DNA of 64,000 bases from Mobula hypostoma (lineage: Eukaryota). The first letter of the stretch is position 1, and every line of letters begins with the position of its first letter. The notes under the pieces are model-generated. The model saw nothing but the letters and a program-made list of their open reading frames with translations, was not told the DNA's origin and made no database searches. A program made the position numbers and the translations under genes. The stretch covers positions 3,224,001-3,288,000 of the forward strand of contig NC_086108.1 in NCBI RefSeq assembly GCF_963921235.1, in the 5' to 3' direction. Below are positions 39,387-51,270 of the stretch, in pieces.

Positions 39387-39459
39387 AGAGGTTTACCAGG
39401 ATGCTACCTGGTTTAGAGGGCATGTGCTATCATGAGAGGCTGGACAAACTTGGGCTGGT

Positions 39460-42095
39460 ATGTTGCCTCTCGGGTACCAGGGTCCAGGATATCTCAGACC
39501 GAGTGTTACGTGGAGGGGTGAACAGGCCAAAGCTGTGCTCCATGTAGGTACCAATGACGTGGGTAGGATGGGTGATGAGCTTCTACACAGGGAGTTCAGG
39601 GAGTTAGGTGCTGAGTTAAAGGGCAGGACCTCCAGGATTGTGATCTCAAGATTGTTACCTGTGCCACGTGCTAGTGAGGCCAGAAGCAGGAAGATTGTAC
39701 AGTTTAATATGTGGCTAAGCAGTTGGCGTAGCAGGGAGGGCAGAAGATTTTCACATCACTGGACTCTCTTCCAGGGAAGGTGGGACCTGTACAGACAGGA
39801 CAGTTTGCACCTGAGCTGGAGGGGGACTAATACCCTAGCAGGAAGGCTTGTTAATGCTGCACAGTGGGGTTTAAACTAGAGTTGCTGGGGTATGGGAACA
39901 GTTAGAGAGGAGGCTGTGGAGGCAGATGTTGGTAAGACCTCAAACAAAGTTAGGAATGAAAAGGTTGAGCATGGTGTGACTAGTGTCCTGAGCTGCGTAT
40001 ATTTCACTGCAAGACGTAGCATCGGAAAGACGGATGGTGGTGTTAAGGATGAGGTCGCTGGTTTACAAACGGAGGCAATGCATAGTGAGGAGGGGCTGTT
40101 GACAGGGCAAAATTGCAGTCACCTGGATGAATTGCAACATAAAAGGTGGACAAAATCGAAAAGGGTGAATACAGGACTGATTGTGTTGTATCTGAATGTG
40201 CACAGTATACGGAATAAGGTTGATGAACTTGCAGCACAGTTGCAGATTGGCAGGTATGATGTTGTAGGCATCACTGAATCATGGCTGAAAGATTATAACT
40301 GGGAGCCTAATATGTAAAGATACACATTGTATCAAAAACAGGCAGGAAGGCAGAGCGGGTGGCGTTGCTCTGTTGGTAAAAAATGAAATCAAATCAATAG
40401 AAAGAGGTGACATAGGGTTGGAAGGTGTTGGATCATTGTGGATAGAGCTAAGGAACAGTGAGGGTGAAAAGACCCTGATGAGAGGTGTATACAATGCCCC
40501 CCCCCCAGACAGCAGTAAGGATGTGGCCTACAAATTACAATGGAAAATAGAACATGCATGATAAAAGGGCAATGTTACAGTAGTTATGGGGGATTTCAAT
40601 ATACAGGTAGACTGGGAAAATCAGGTTGGCGCTGGATTCCAGGAGGGGAAGTTTCTGGAGTGTCTACCAGGTGGCTTTTTAGGGCAGCTCATGGTCGAGC
40701 CCATGAGGGAATCAGCTAATCTGGATTGAGTGTTATGCAATGAACCAGGATTGATTAGAGAGTTTAAGGTACAAGAACCCTTAGGGGAAAGTGATCATAA
40801 TATGATCAAATTTACGGTGAAATTTGATAAGGGGAAGCTAAAGTCATATGTATTAGTATTAAATTGGAGTAAGTGGGATTACAGAGGCATGAGAGTGGAG
40901 CTGGCCAGAAATAATTTGTGAAAAACGCTGGCAGGGATGACAGCTGAACAGCAAAGGCTGGAATTTCTGGAAGCAAGTTGGAAGGGACAGGATATATACA
41001 TCCCAAAGAGGAAGAAGTATTCTAAAGGAAAGATGACACAATGGTGGCTAACAAGAGAAATCAAAGCCAACATAAAAGCCAAAGTTAGGGCATATAATAA
41101 AGGAAGTATTAATGGGACGTTAGAGGATTGGGAAGCTTTTCAAAAGCAACAGAAGGCAACTGAAAAAGTCATTAAGAAGGTAAAGATGGAATATGAAAGT
41201 AAGCTAGCCAATAATATTAAAGAGGATACCAAAAGATTCTACAGACACATGAAATGTAAAAGAGAGGCACGAGTGGATATTGACGGCTGGAAAATGATGC
41301 TGGAGAGGTAGTAATGGGGGATAAGGAAATGGTGGATGAACTGAATAAGTATTTTGCATCAGTCTTCACTGTGGAAGACACTAGCAGTATGGTGGAAATT
41401 CCAGATGTCGGTGGTTGTGAAGTTACCATAATTAGAGAGAAGCATCTTGGGAAACTGAAAATGTCTGAAAGTAGATCAGTCACCTGGACCAGATGGGGTA
41501 CTCCCCAGAGTTCAGAGAGAGGTGGCTGAAGAAATCGTGGAGGCATTAGTAATGCTCTTTCAAGAATCACTAGATTCTGAAAGACTGGAAATTTGCAAAT
41601 ATCGCTCAACTCTTCAAGAAGGCAGAGAGTCAGAAGAAAGGAAACTATAGGCCAGTCAGTCTGATCTCAGTGGTTGGGAAGATGTTGGAGTCGATTATTA
41701 AGGATTTGATCTCAGGGTACTTGGAAGCACACGATAAAATCGGCCATAGTCAGCATGGTTTCCTCAAGGGAAGATCTTGCCTGACAAATTTGTTCGAACT
41801 CTTTGAAGAAATAACAAGCAGGATAGACAATGGAGAATATCTGTTGTGTATTTGGATTTTCAGAAGGCCTTTGACCAGGTGCTACACATGAGGCTGCTTA
41901 ACGAACTAGGAGCCCATGGTATTACAGTGAAGATTCTAGCCTGGATAAAGCAGTGGCTGATTGGCAGAAGGCAAAGACTGGGAATAAAGGGAGCCTTTTT
42001 TGGTCGGCTGCCAGTGATGAGTGGTATTTCGATTCTTTCTACGTTATGCATCAATGATGGAATTGATGGCTTTGTTGCAAAGTTTGCAGATGATT
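39460..42095 (+). mobile_element. Degraded CR1 LINE: ORF1 SGNH esterase, APE endonuclease, RT
   Basis: VLHVGTNDVG...DSLHL (esterase), LNVHSIRNK...VGITESWL (APE), and SQHGFLKGRSCLTNL / YLDFQKAFD (RT), with many stops and frameshifts. Confidence 0.9.
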
Positions 42096-42840
42096 ACTTT
42101 GAGTGCCAGGCTTTAGACGTTTCAGAAAGGACAGGGAGGGAGGCAAACGAGGTGGGGGTGTGGCATTGCTGATCAGAGATAGTGTCACGGCTGCAGAAAA
42201 GGAGGAAGTCATGGAAGGGTTGTCTACGGAGTCTCTGTGGGTGGAAGTTAGGAACAAGAAGGGGTCAATAACTCTACTGGGTGTTTTTTATAGACCACTC
42301 AATAGTACCAGGGATATCGAGAAGCAGATAGGGAGACAGATTCTGGAAAGGTTTAATAATAAGAGGGTTGTTGTGGTGGGAGATATTAATTTCCCAAATA
42401 TTGATTAGTATCTCCCTAGAGTGAGGGGTTTAGATGGGGTGCAGTTTGTTAGGTGAATTCAGGAATGTAGATAAGCCTAAAAGAGGAGAGGCTGTACTTG
42501 ATCTGGTATTGGGAAGTGAACCTGGTCAGGTGTCAGGTCTCTCAGTGGGAGAGCATTTTGGAGATAGTGATCACAATTCTATCTCCTTTACCAGAGCATT
42601 GGAGAGGTATGAGAACAAACAAGTTAGGAAAGCATTTAATTGGAGTAAGGGGAAATATGAAGCTATCAGGCAGGAACTTGGAAGCATAAGTTGGAAACAG
42701 ATGTTCTCAGGGAAATGTACGGCAGAAATGTGGCAAATGTTAAGGGGATATTTGCGAGGCGACCTGCATTGGTACGTTCCAATGAGACAAGGAAAGGAAG
42801 GAACCATGGTGTACAATTGCTGTTGAAAATCTAGTCAAAA
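42095..42840 (+). mobile_element. CR1 endonuclease fragment
   Basis: RKDREGGKRGGGVALL...GVFYRP...VVGDINFP...LDLVL...SDHN. Confidence 0.9.
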
Positions 42841-43586
42841 ATCTAGTTTTGGTCTAAAACATCAACTATTTATTCCCCTGCATAGATGTTGCCTGACTTG
42901 CTGAGTTCCTCTTGCATTTAGTGTGTACTGCTGAAGATGTCCAGTGTCTGCGATATCTTGATTTTCTTGTGAGGCTATGTGCCAGGGATACTGCTGCAAG
43001 TAAGTTTTTATTGTACCTGCACACACATGAACTTGTGCATTTGAAAATAAACTTGACTTGGCTTCATTTATCAAAAAGCAACCAAAGCAAACTCTGGATT
43101 AAGAGATTTGAAATGTAAATTTGGCAAACAAACAGTGTTATATACGTTCTTGGTCTGAGCAATTTGCTTATCGCTTGTGGGTTCAGTGAGCTGCATCGCA
43201 GTGGGGAAGGAGGCGTGAAGCAGTAACAAAAGACAGAAATGATGAATTCTGAGCAGTTAAATACGCTTGGTTACATGCAGCCTACAGTTATTTCCTGTTA
43301 TCATAAATTTAGATAAACTTGCAAGAAGATATTCTAAACATTCCCATTAACCTTAAACTGCTATTTTCACAATGAAATACAGCTGCTGAATAACAAGAAA
43401 GTCTTGCATTTGTACAACATCCCAGGACATTACAGAGACTTGCATCTGTACAAGAGGCCAGGACATCACTTTATTTCAGTGTGTGTGCTACAGGAAAGCA
43501 TGGGAAGCAATTTACATAGTAAGCTCCCACCAACACAAGGTGATGGCCATGACCTTCTTGGTCAAGAGGTATGTATTAGTCTAGAG

Positions 43587-43665
43587 CAGGGGTTCCTAAC
43601 CTAGGGTCCGCGACCCCTTGCTTAATGATTTTGGTCCTCGGCATAAAGCAGGTTGGGAACCCCTG
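43587..43665. mobile_element. 79-bp hAT/Charlie-type MITE
   Basis: TIRs caggggttcctaacc / ggttgggaacccctg with tctaga-like flanks; a related copy lies at about 38537-38612. Confidence 0.7.
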
Positions 43666-43779
43666 CTGTAGGGTTCGCTGAGAATTTCATTCCTCTTTCC
43701 TCGATGTTATGCAATCATTCAGTCTTTACACTGGTTGGCCAAACATTTGAATTCCCATTCCTATTTCCAGTCTGACGTG

Positions 43780-46575
43780 TCTCTGCGGGTGAAAGTTATG
43801 AACAGGAAGGGGTCAATAACTTTACTGCAACACACATAAAAGCTGCTGGTGAACGCAGCAGGCCAGGCAGCATATCTAGGAAGAGGTACAGTCGACGTTT
43901 CGGGCCGAGACCCTTCATGAGTCCTGGCCTGCTGCATTCACCGGCAACTTTTATGTGTGTTGCTTGAAATTCCAGCAGCTGCAGATTTCCTCATGTTTGC
44001 AATAACTCTACTGGGTGTTTTTTATAGACCACCCAATAATAACAGGGACATCAAGGAGCAGATAGGGAGACAGATTCTGGAAAGGAGTAATAATAACAGG
44101 GTTGTTGTGGTGGGAGATTTTAATTTCCCAAATATTGATTGGCATCTCCCTAGAGTGAGGGGTTTAGATGGGCTGGAGTTTGTTAGGTGCGTACAGGAAG
44201 GTTCCTTGACACAATATGTAGATAAGCCTATAAGAGGAGGGGCTGTACTTGGATCTGGTATTGGGAAATGAACCTGGTCAGGTGTCAGGTCTCTCAGTGG
44301 GAAAGCATTTTGGAGATAGTGATCACGATTCTATCTTCTTTACCATAGCATTGCAGAGGGATAGGAACTGACAAGTTAGGGAAACGTTTAATTGGAGTAA
44401 GGGGAAATATGAGGCTATCAGGCGGGAACTTGGAAGCATAAATTGGAAACAGATGTTCTCAGGGAAACGTGAGGAAGAAATGTGGCAAATGTTCAGGGGA
44501 TAGTTGTGTGGTGTTTTGCATAGGTACGTTCCAATGAGACAGGGAAAGGATGGTAAGGTACAGGAACTGTGGTGTATAAAGGCTGGTGTAAACCTAGTCA
44601 AGAAGGAAAGAAGAGCTTACGAGAGGTTCAAAAAACTAGGTAATGAAAGAGATCTAGAAGGTTATAAGGCTAGCAGGAAGGAGCTTAAGAATGAAATTAG
44701 GAGAGCCAAAAGGGGCCATGAGAAGGCCTTGGCGGACAGGATTAAGGAAAACCCCAAGGCATTCTACAAGTATGTGAAGAGCAAGAGGATAAGACGTGAG
44801 AGAATAGGACCAATCAAGTGTGACAGTGGAAAAGTGTGTATGGAACCAGAGGAGATAGCAGAGGTACTTAATGAATACTTTGCTTCAGTATTCACTATGG
44901 AAAAGGATCTTGGTGATTGTAGGGATGACTTGCAGTGGACTGAAAAGTTTGAGCACGTAGATATTAAAAAAGAGAATGTGCTGGTGCTTTTGGAAAGCAT
45001 CAAGTTCGATAAATCACCGGGACCGGACTAGATGTACCTCAGGCTACTGTGGGAAGCGAGAAGGAGATTGCTGAGCCTCTGGCAATGATCTTTGCATCAT
45101 CAATGAGGATGGGAGAGGTTCTGGAGGATTTGAGGGTTATGGATGTTGTTCCCTTATTCAAGAAAGGGAGTAGGAATAGCCCAGGAAATTATAGACCAGT
45201 GAGTCTTACTTCAGTGGTTGGTAAGTTGATGGAGAAGATCCTGAGAGGCAGGATTTATGAACATTTGGAGAGGCATAATATGATTAGAAATAGTCAGCAT
45301 GATTTTGTCAAAGTCAGGTTGTGCCTTACTAGCCTGATTGAATTTTTTGAGGATGTGATTAAACACACTGATGAAGAAAGAGCAGTAGATGTAGTGTATA
45401 TAGATTTCAGCAAGGCATTTGATAAGGTACCCAATGCAAGGCTTATTGAGAAAGTAAGGAGGCATGGGATCCAAGGGGACATTGCTCTGTGGATCCAGAA
45501 CTGGCTTGCCCACACAAGGCAAAGAGTGGCTGTATACGGGTCATATTCTGCATGGAGGTCAGTGACCAGTGGAGTGTCTCAGGGATCTGTTCTGGGACCC
45601 CTACTCCGTGAATTTTATAAATGACCTGGATGAGGAAGTGAAGGAATGGGTTAATAAGTTTTCTGATGACACAAAGCTTGGGAGTGTTGTAGATAGTGTG
45701 GAGGGTTGTCAGAGATTACAGCAGGACATTGATAGGATGCAAAACTGGGCTGTGAAGTGGCAGATGGATTTCAACCCACGTAAGTGTGAGGTGGTTCATT
45801 TTGGTAGGTCAAATATGATGGCAGAATGTAGTATTAATGGTAAGACTCTTGGCAGTGTGGAGGATCAGCGGGATCTTGGGGTCCGAGTCCATAGGACACT
45901 CAAAGCTGCTACGCAGGTTGACTCCAGTTAAGAAGGCATACGGTGCATTGGCCTTCATCAATTGTGGAATTGAGTTTAACAGCCGAGAGTAATGTTGCAG
46001 ATATATAGAACCCTGGTCAGATCCCACTTGGAGTACTGTGCTGGGTTCTGGTCACCTCACTACAGGAAGGATGTGGAAACCATAGAAAGGCTACAGAGAA
46101 GATTTACAAGGATGTTGCCTGGATTGGGGAGTGTGCCTTATGAGAATAAGTTGAGTGAACTTGGCCTTTTCTCCTTGGAGCAACGGAGGATGAGAGGTGA
46201 CCTGACAGAGATGTATAAGATGATGAGAGACATTGATCATGTGGATAGTCAGAGGCTTTTTCCCAGGGCTGAAATGGCTAGCATGAGAGGGCATAGTTTT
46301 AAGGTGCTTGGAAGTATGTACAGAGGAGATGTCAGGGGTAAGTTTTTTACGCAGAGAGTGGTGAGTGTGTGGAATGGGCTGCCAGTGGCAGTGGTGGTGG
46401 AGGCGGATACGATAGGGTCTTTTAAGAGGCTCCTGGATGGGTACATGGAGCTTAGAAAAATAGAGGGCTATGGGTAAGCCTAGGTCGTTCTAAGGTAGGG
46501 ACATGTTCAGCACAGCTTTGTGGGCCGAAGGGCCTGTATTGTGCTGTAGGTTTTCTATGTTCTATGTTTCTATGT
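43780..46575 (+). mobile_element. CR1 LINE ORF2 (endonuclease C-half to 3' end), frameshifted
   Basis: GVFYRPP, KENPKAFYKY, NYRPVSLTS, DFSKAFDKV, FSDDTK and HLEYC motifs, with a (tatgtttc)n tail. Closely similar to the 42095-42840 copy. Confidence 0.92.
43828..43999. mobile_element. Short Penelope-like insertion with inverted pLTR arms, 14-bp TSD
   Basis: TSD caataact(t/c)tactg at 43814-43827 and 44000-44013 within a CR1; inverted arms gcaacacacataaaag...caggccagg and cctggcctg...ttttatgtgtgttgc. Confidence 0.85.
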
Positions 46576-47060
46576 GTTGGTCCATGATCTCCTCTTGTGC
46601 CATAATGAGGCCACCATCGGGGAGGAGGAACACCTTAAAGTCCGTTTGGGTAGCCCCCAACCTGATAGCATGAATATTTCTACCTTCTGGTAAAAATATT
46701 TCCCTCTTCTTCCATTCCTCACTCTAGCCTCTTACCTCTTCTCACCTGTCTATCACCTCCTCCTGGGTCCCCTCCTCCGTCCCTTTCTCCTATGGTCCAC
46801 TCTCCTGTCAGATTCCTTCTTCTCCAGCTCTTTACCCTTCCCACTCATCTGGTTTCTCCCACTACCTTCCAGCTATCCTCCTTCCCCTCCTCTCCAGCTT
46901 TTTATTTTAGCACTTTCCCCTTCCTTTCAAGTGCTGAAGAAAGATCTCAGCTCAAGTTGTTGACTGTTTATTCCTTTCCATAGATGCTGCCTGACCTGCT
47001 GAGTTCCACCCACACATGTGTGTTGCTTTGGATTTCGAGCTTCTGCAGAATATCTCTCCT
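46575..47060 (+). mobile_element. Penelope-like element 3' fragment
   Basis: Same pLTR family (gatgctgcctgacctgctgagttcc), degenerate. Confidence 0.75.
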
Positions 47061-47724
47061 GGTTGTTAAAGACTGCACCTCTGGCAGTGTTGGGGTTCCC
47101 TCAGTACGAGTCTGGAGTTTTGTCCTGGGTCTCTGGAATGGGGCTAGAACTTATTGTGACAATTTCACTTTCTTCACACCCACCCCTTCCCTCAACTGTC
47201 CAATCCCCCAAACTTTCCCTATCTCCTGATCTCCACTGACTCCCTGTCAGAAGTCACCAAGTTTCCAGCCGACTCTTTGGGACCTCAATGAGCCACCAAC
47301 GTCCAGCACCCGATCACCCACCCCAACTCCCTTGGTTCCCAGAGTCTGGTGGCGTGGTTTCCCTGCTCTGTGTGAAAGTGAATACGCAGCAGTGAATGTG
47401 GCGGCACCTGACACCTTGAGCCTTGTTGCTGCTGAGGTTTCAGAGCAAACACGTTGTCACATGGTCAAAACTTAGATGCCTGAAATTAAAATCTAAGCAA
47501 GATTGGGTCAGCGTGGACTGGATAGGCCGAAGAGTCTGTTTCTCTCCAGAGCAGGAGATATGTGACTTTAGGCCACCAATATGGTTGACTCTTAAAGGGC
47601 CTCTCCTCTTTCCCCAGTGTTACACAATCTATTAGACCCATTCACCAGGGCGGATGAGTATGACCGTTGTTCTCATCAACAGATGTCCTCAATTTAATGT
47701 CCCATCATAAAAGCAACAGCTCCT

Positions 47725-48330
47725 TAAGCTTTTGGCACATTGGCCTTCATAAATCAATGTATTGAGTACAGGAGATGGGATGTTATGTTGAAGTTGTATA
47801 AGACATTGGTGAGACCTAATTTGGAGTATTGTGTGCAGTTTTGGTCACCTACCTATAGGAAAGATGTAAGGTTGAAAGAGTGCAGAGAAAAGTTACAAGG
47901 ATGTTGCCAGGTCTGGAGGACCCGAGTTACAAGGAAAGATCGAATCGATTAGGACTGTATTCTTTAGGAAGTAGAAGGCTGAGAGGAGATTTGATAGAGG
48001 TATACAAAATTACGAGGGGTATAGACAGGGTAAATGCAAGCAGGCTTTTTCCACTGAGGTTGGGTGGGACTGCAACCAGAGGTTATGGGTTAAGGGTGAA
48101 AGGTGAAAAGTTTAAGAGGAACATGAGGGGGAACTTCTTCACTGAGCAGGTCGTCAGAGTGTGGAACAAGCTGCCAGCACATGTGGCGCATGCAAGCTCG
48201 ATTTCAACATTGAAGAGAAGTTTGGATAGGTACATGGATGGTAGGGGTATGGAGGGCAGATAGATGGGAGTAGGCAGTTTAAATGGTTTCGGTGTAGACT
48301 AGATGGACAGAAAGGCCTGTTTCTTTGCTC
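47725..48330 (+). mobile_element. CR1 3' fragment
   Basis: LYKTLVRPNLEYCVQFWSP; RRLRGDLIEVYKI. Confidence 0.9.
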
Positions 48331-48707
48331 TGTGACTATGGCAGGGCAGGGCGGGGCAGGGCTCCCTCAACACAGCACCGAGGTGGGGCCAGAACATTCT
48401 CAATCTCAAACACCACCCCACCCCTCTTCACACTTCCCACCCCTATCTCGCCCTCACCTCATGGAAGCCCCTGGCAAACGTGAGAGGGTAGGGACCATCT
48501 TTCCACTGGTAACCCAGCCACCTCTAAGTTCCAGAGAAATTCCTTTCCCTGGTGTATGGGGAAGTGTGGACCGCGGATTCATGCCCAGGCTAAGGTCAGA
48601 CATTGGCAGAGAAGGGGTATGAAATACTCTGCTGGGCAAAATGGCCCTTTCTTGTGCCATAAATTTTACATAGTTCCAAGGACTGAGTGAGAAGTTTTGA
48701 GAGTTAC

Positions 48708-48757
48708 CTCATCTGTTCCTTGGAGTTTTTGGGTTTCGGGCTCGATGTCCTCAGCAT
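48708..48757 (-). CDS. Candidate first coding exon of the RIN-family gene
   Basis: aaaATG CTG AGG...ATG AG|GTAACT gives MLRTSSPKPKNSKEQM(S), ending in phase 2 as required by exon 35850-36048. There is an in-frame upstream TAG and a possible acceptor (gtgtgcag) at 48838-48840. No homology support. Confidence 0.5.
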
Positions 48758-49364
48758 TTTCCTGGTCAGGTTAGTCTTCTATTCACGTGGTTGCCTTCCT
48801 TTCCAACCCATGTTGTGTCCAAGTTCTTCCTGTGTCTCTGCACACAAGCCCAACCACCACCAGTCTGGGGGCTCTCGAAGCAAGGCGAGGCAGGCAACCA
48901 GCCACAGGCAAACTTGTCCCACCGTACACAGTTGATAATCCAAGGGTTAGCAAGAAGGAAGAGACGATGGAAGATCAGAGCACAAACGGAGAACCAGCAA
49001 GTCCCGAGACAGACGGCTGTTGCAAAGCTAACGATTTCCGGGTCGCTTGATTTCTGCTCCTAATCCACTGGAGCCCGGGTCTAGTTGTGAGATTAAGCGT
49101 GTTGATGGGTTATAACAGTTCAGAAGTAAACCACAGCCCTTCTGTGGTTACCTCAGTTCGTGTTTTACAGAAGCCCTTTCCCTCAGCCAATACGAGCAGA
49201 GACAGCCCAGCTCAGTGACCCAATTTAAAATTGGTTTCACTCTAACTTTCAGACAAGTTGCCTGAGACATAGAGATTCGTCCTCGAGAGGGTGAGGGGGA
49301 GAGAGAACCCCTTATCTCACTCGTTTCACAATTACAGATGTGTGACTTTTTTTCAGACAGTCCA

Positions 49365-49985
49365 TTTCCTTCCAATCCCTCCCTCCCTCACTCTCCCCCA
49401 TCTCCTCTCCTCTTTCTCACTCCCTTGTCATCCAATATCCCTCTCTCTCTCTCTCTCTCCCGCTCCCCTCTAACCCCCTCTCCCCTCCCTTCAATCCTTC
49501 TCTCCCTCTATAATCCCTTTCTCTCACTTCTCTCTCCAATCCCTCTTTCCCTTTGCTGTTCCACCTCCAATCTCCCTCTTTCTCACTCACTCTAATTCCC
49601 CCTCCCACTCTCTCCACACATCTCTCTCCTTCTCCCAATACCTTTGTCTCATCGTCCTTCTGTTTCACTCCAATCTCCCCCTCTTTCTCTCTCCCTTCCC
49701 CTTCAATTTCCCTCTCTGCCTCTCCTTCAAAATTCCCCCTCCCTATCTGTCTTTTTCTTCTCTCTCTCTCTCCCTCAAATCCCCCTCTTTCCTTCTCCCT
49801 CAAATCTCTTGCTTTCTTCCTCTCCCTCCATTCCGTTTCTCTCTCCCTCTCCCTCCATTCCCCTCTCTCTCCCCTCTCCCTTCCTCTCCTTCCCTCTCTC
49901 TCCCACCCCTCCCCCCCTTTCTCTTCCCTCTCCCTTCTCCCTCTCTCCTCTCCTGTCCTCCTCCCTCCCCACCCTCCCTCATTGT
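49365..49985. repeat. Polypyrimidine (CT-rich) low-complexity tract
   Basis: About 620 bp composed almost entirely of C/T on the + strand. Confidence 0.95.
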
Positions 49986-50909
49986 CTCTGTTCGGGTGTT
50001 TCGTCAGAATGGAACTACAGAGTAGGCAGTCAGTTCGCAGGTCATCCTCCAAAACAGAAAGTATGAAGCCACTCAGGGCTGTGGGAAACTATAACACACT
50101 TACTCACAGATGGCTCGCAATGGGAAAAATTTGTAATAGAACTTCTTAGTCAAGCACAGTGACCCAAACAGCAAAGGAGTTGGAAAGTGCAAGATGGTGA
50201 GTCCTGTGACAAACACACTCAGTGCACTGGACTGATTTCACAGGCAGATTTCAGGGAGGTTTAGGGCTGACTGTAACTTCGAACTATGGTTTCTCCTAAA
50301 GTTAGTGGATTTAGCCCAGTCCATCACGGGTAAAGCTCCCCACCATTGACCACATCTACATGAAATGTTGTTGCAGGAAAGCAGCATCCATCATCAGAGA
50401 TCTCCACCACCCAGGTCATGCTCTCTTTTCGCTGTGGCTTCAGGAAAAAGCTACAGGAGCCTCAGGACTCACATCACCAAGTCCAGGAACAGTTACTACC
50501 CCTCAATCATCAAGCTCTTGAACCAAAGGGGATAACTTCACTTGCCCCATCATTGAAACGTTCCCACAGCCAATGGACTCACTTTCAAGGACTCTTCCTC
50601 TCATGTTCTTGATGTTTATTGTTTATTTATTTATTATTATTATCTCTCTCTTTTTGTATTTGCGCAGTTCATTGTCTTTTGCATACTGGTTGAGCACCCC
50701 GGCTGGTGTGGTCTTTCATTGATTCGATTATGCATATTATTATTTTATAGACTTATTGAGAACACCCACAAGAAAATGAAGCTCAGGGTTGTATATGGTG
50801 ACATATATGTACTTTGATAATAAATGTACTTTAATACTTTGAGAATTATACGGCATGTTTGGGATTTTAGAGACAGAGATTAGCTTTATTTGTCACATGT
50901 ACATGGAAA

Positions 50910-51270
50910 GGTTGGTGGCGGGGTGGAGCTACGTCTCTACCAAAGGAGGTGTGAGGTGCTCTTTCTCTCCACTGGCCTGCAGGTCACCCTTGGGCGAGGT
51001 GTAGCACCTGCTTAGCCCCTCTCCCTGATCAGGGGCAGGTGAAGCCATGGGGGAAGGTATGAGCAGCTGGTGCATATCACAAGTTCTAGTTACGTAACCG
51101 CTGACGCCGGGCAGACAATCTCTGAAGAGTATTGATCATGGCTGGGGTCACCCGTCTTGTAAAGACACTGCCCAGAAGAAGGCAATGGCAAACCACTTCT
51201 GTAGAAAAATTTGCCAAGAACAATCCTGGAAAGACCACGATTGCCCACGTCATATGACACGGCACATAAT
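50910..51270 (+). repeat. Unclassified ~350-bp interspersed repeat
   Basis: acgtctctaccaaaggaggtg...aaaccacttctgtagaaaa recurs at 27680-28060(-), 37085-37295(+) and 37880-38230(-). Confidence 0.8.

Noticed and set aside
39460..39879. Stand-alone SGNH hydrolase gene
   Set aside because: It is the esterase of CR1 ORF1, directly followed by degraded APE and RT sequence.
49417..50149. Glu/Arg/Gly-rich and Ser/Leu/Pro-rich ORFs
   Set aside because: Translations of the CT low-complexity tract.
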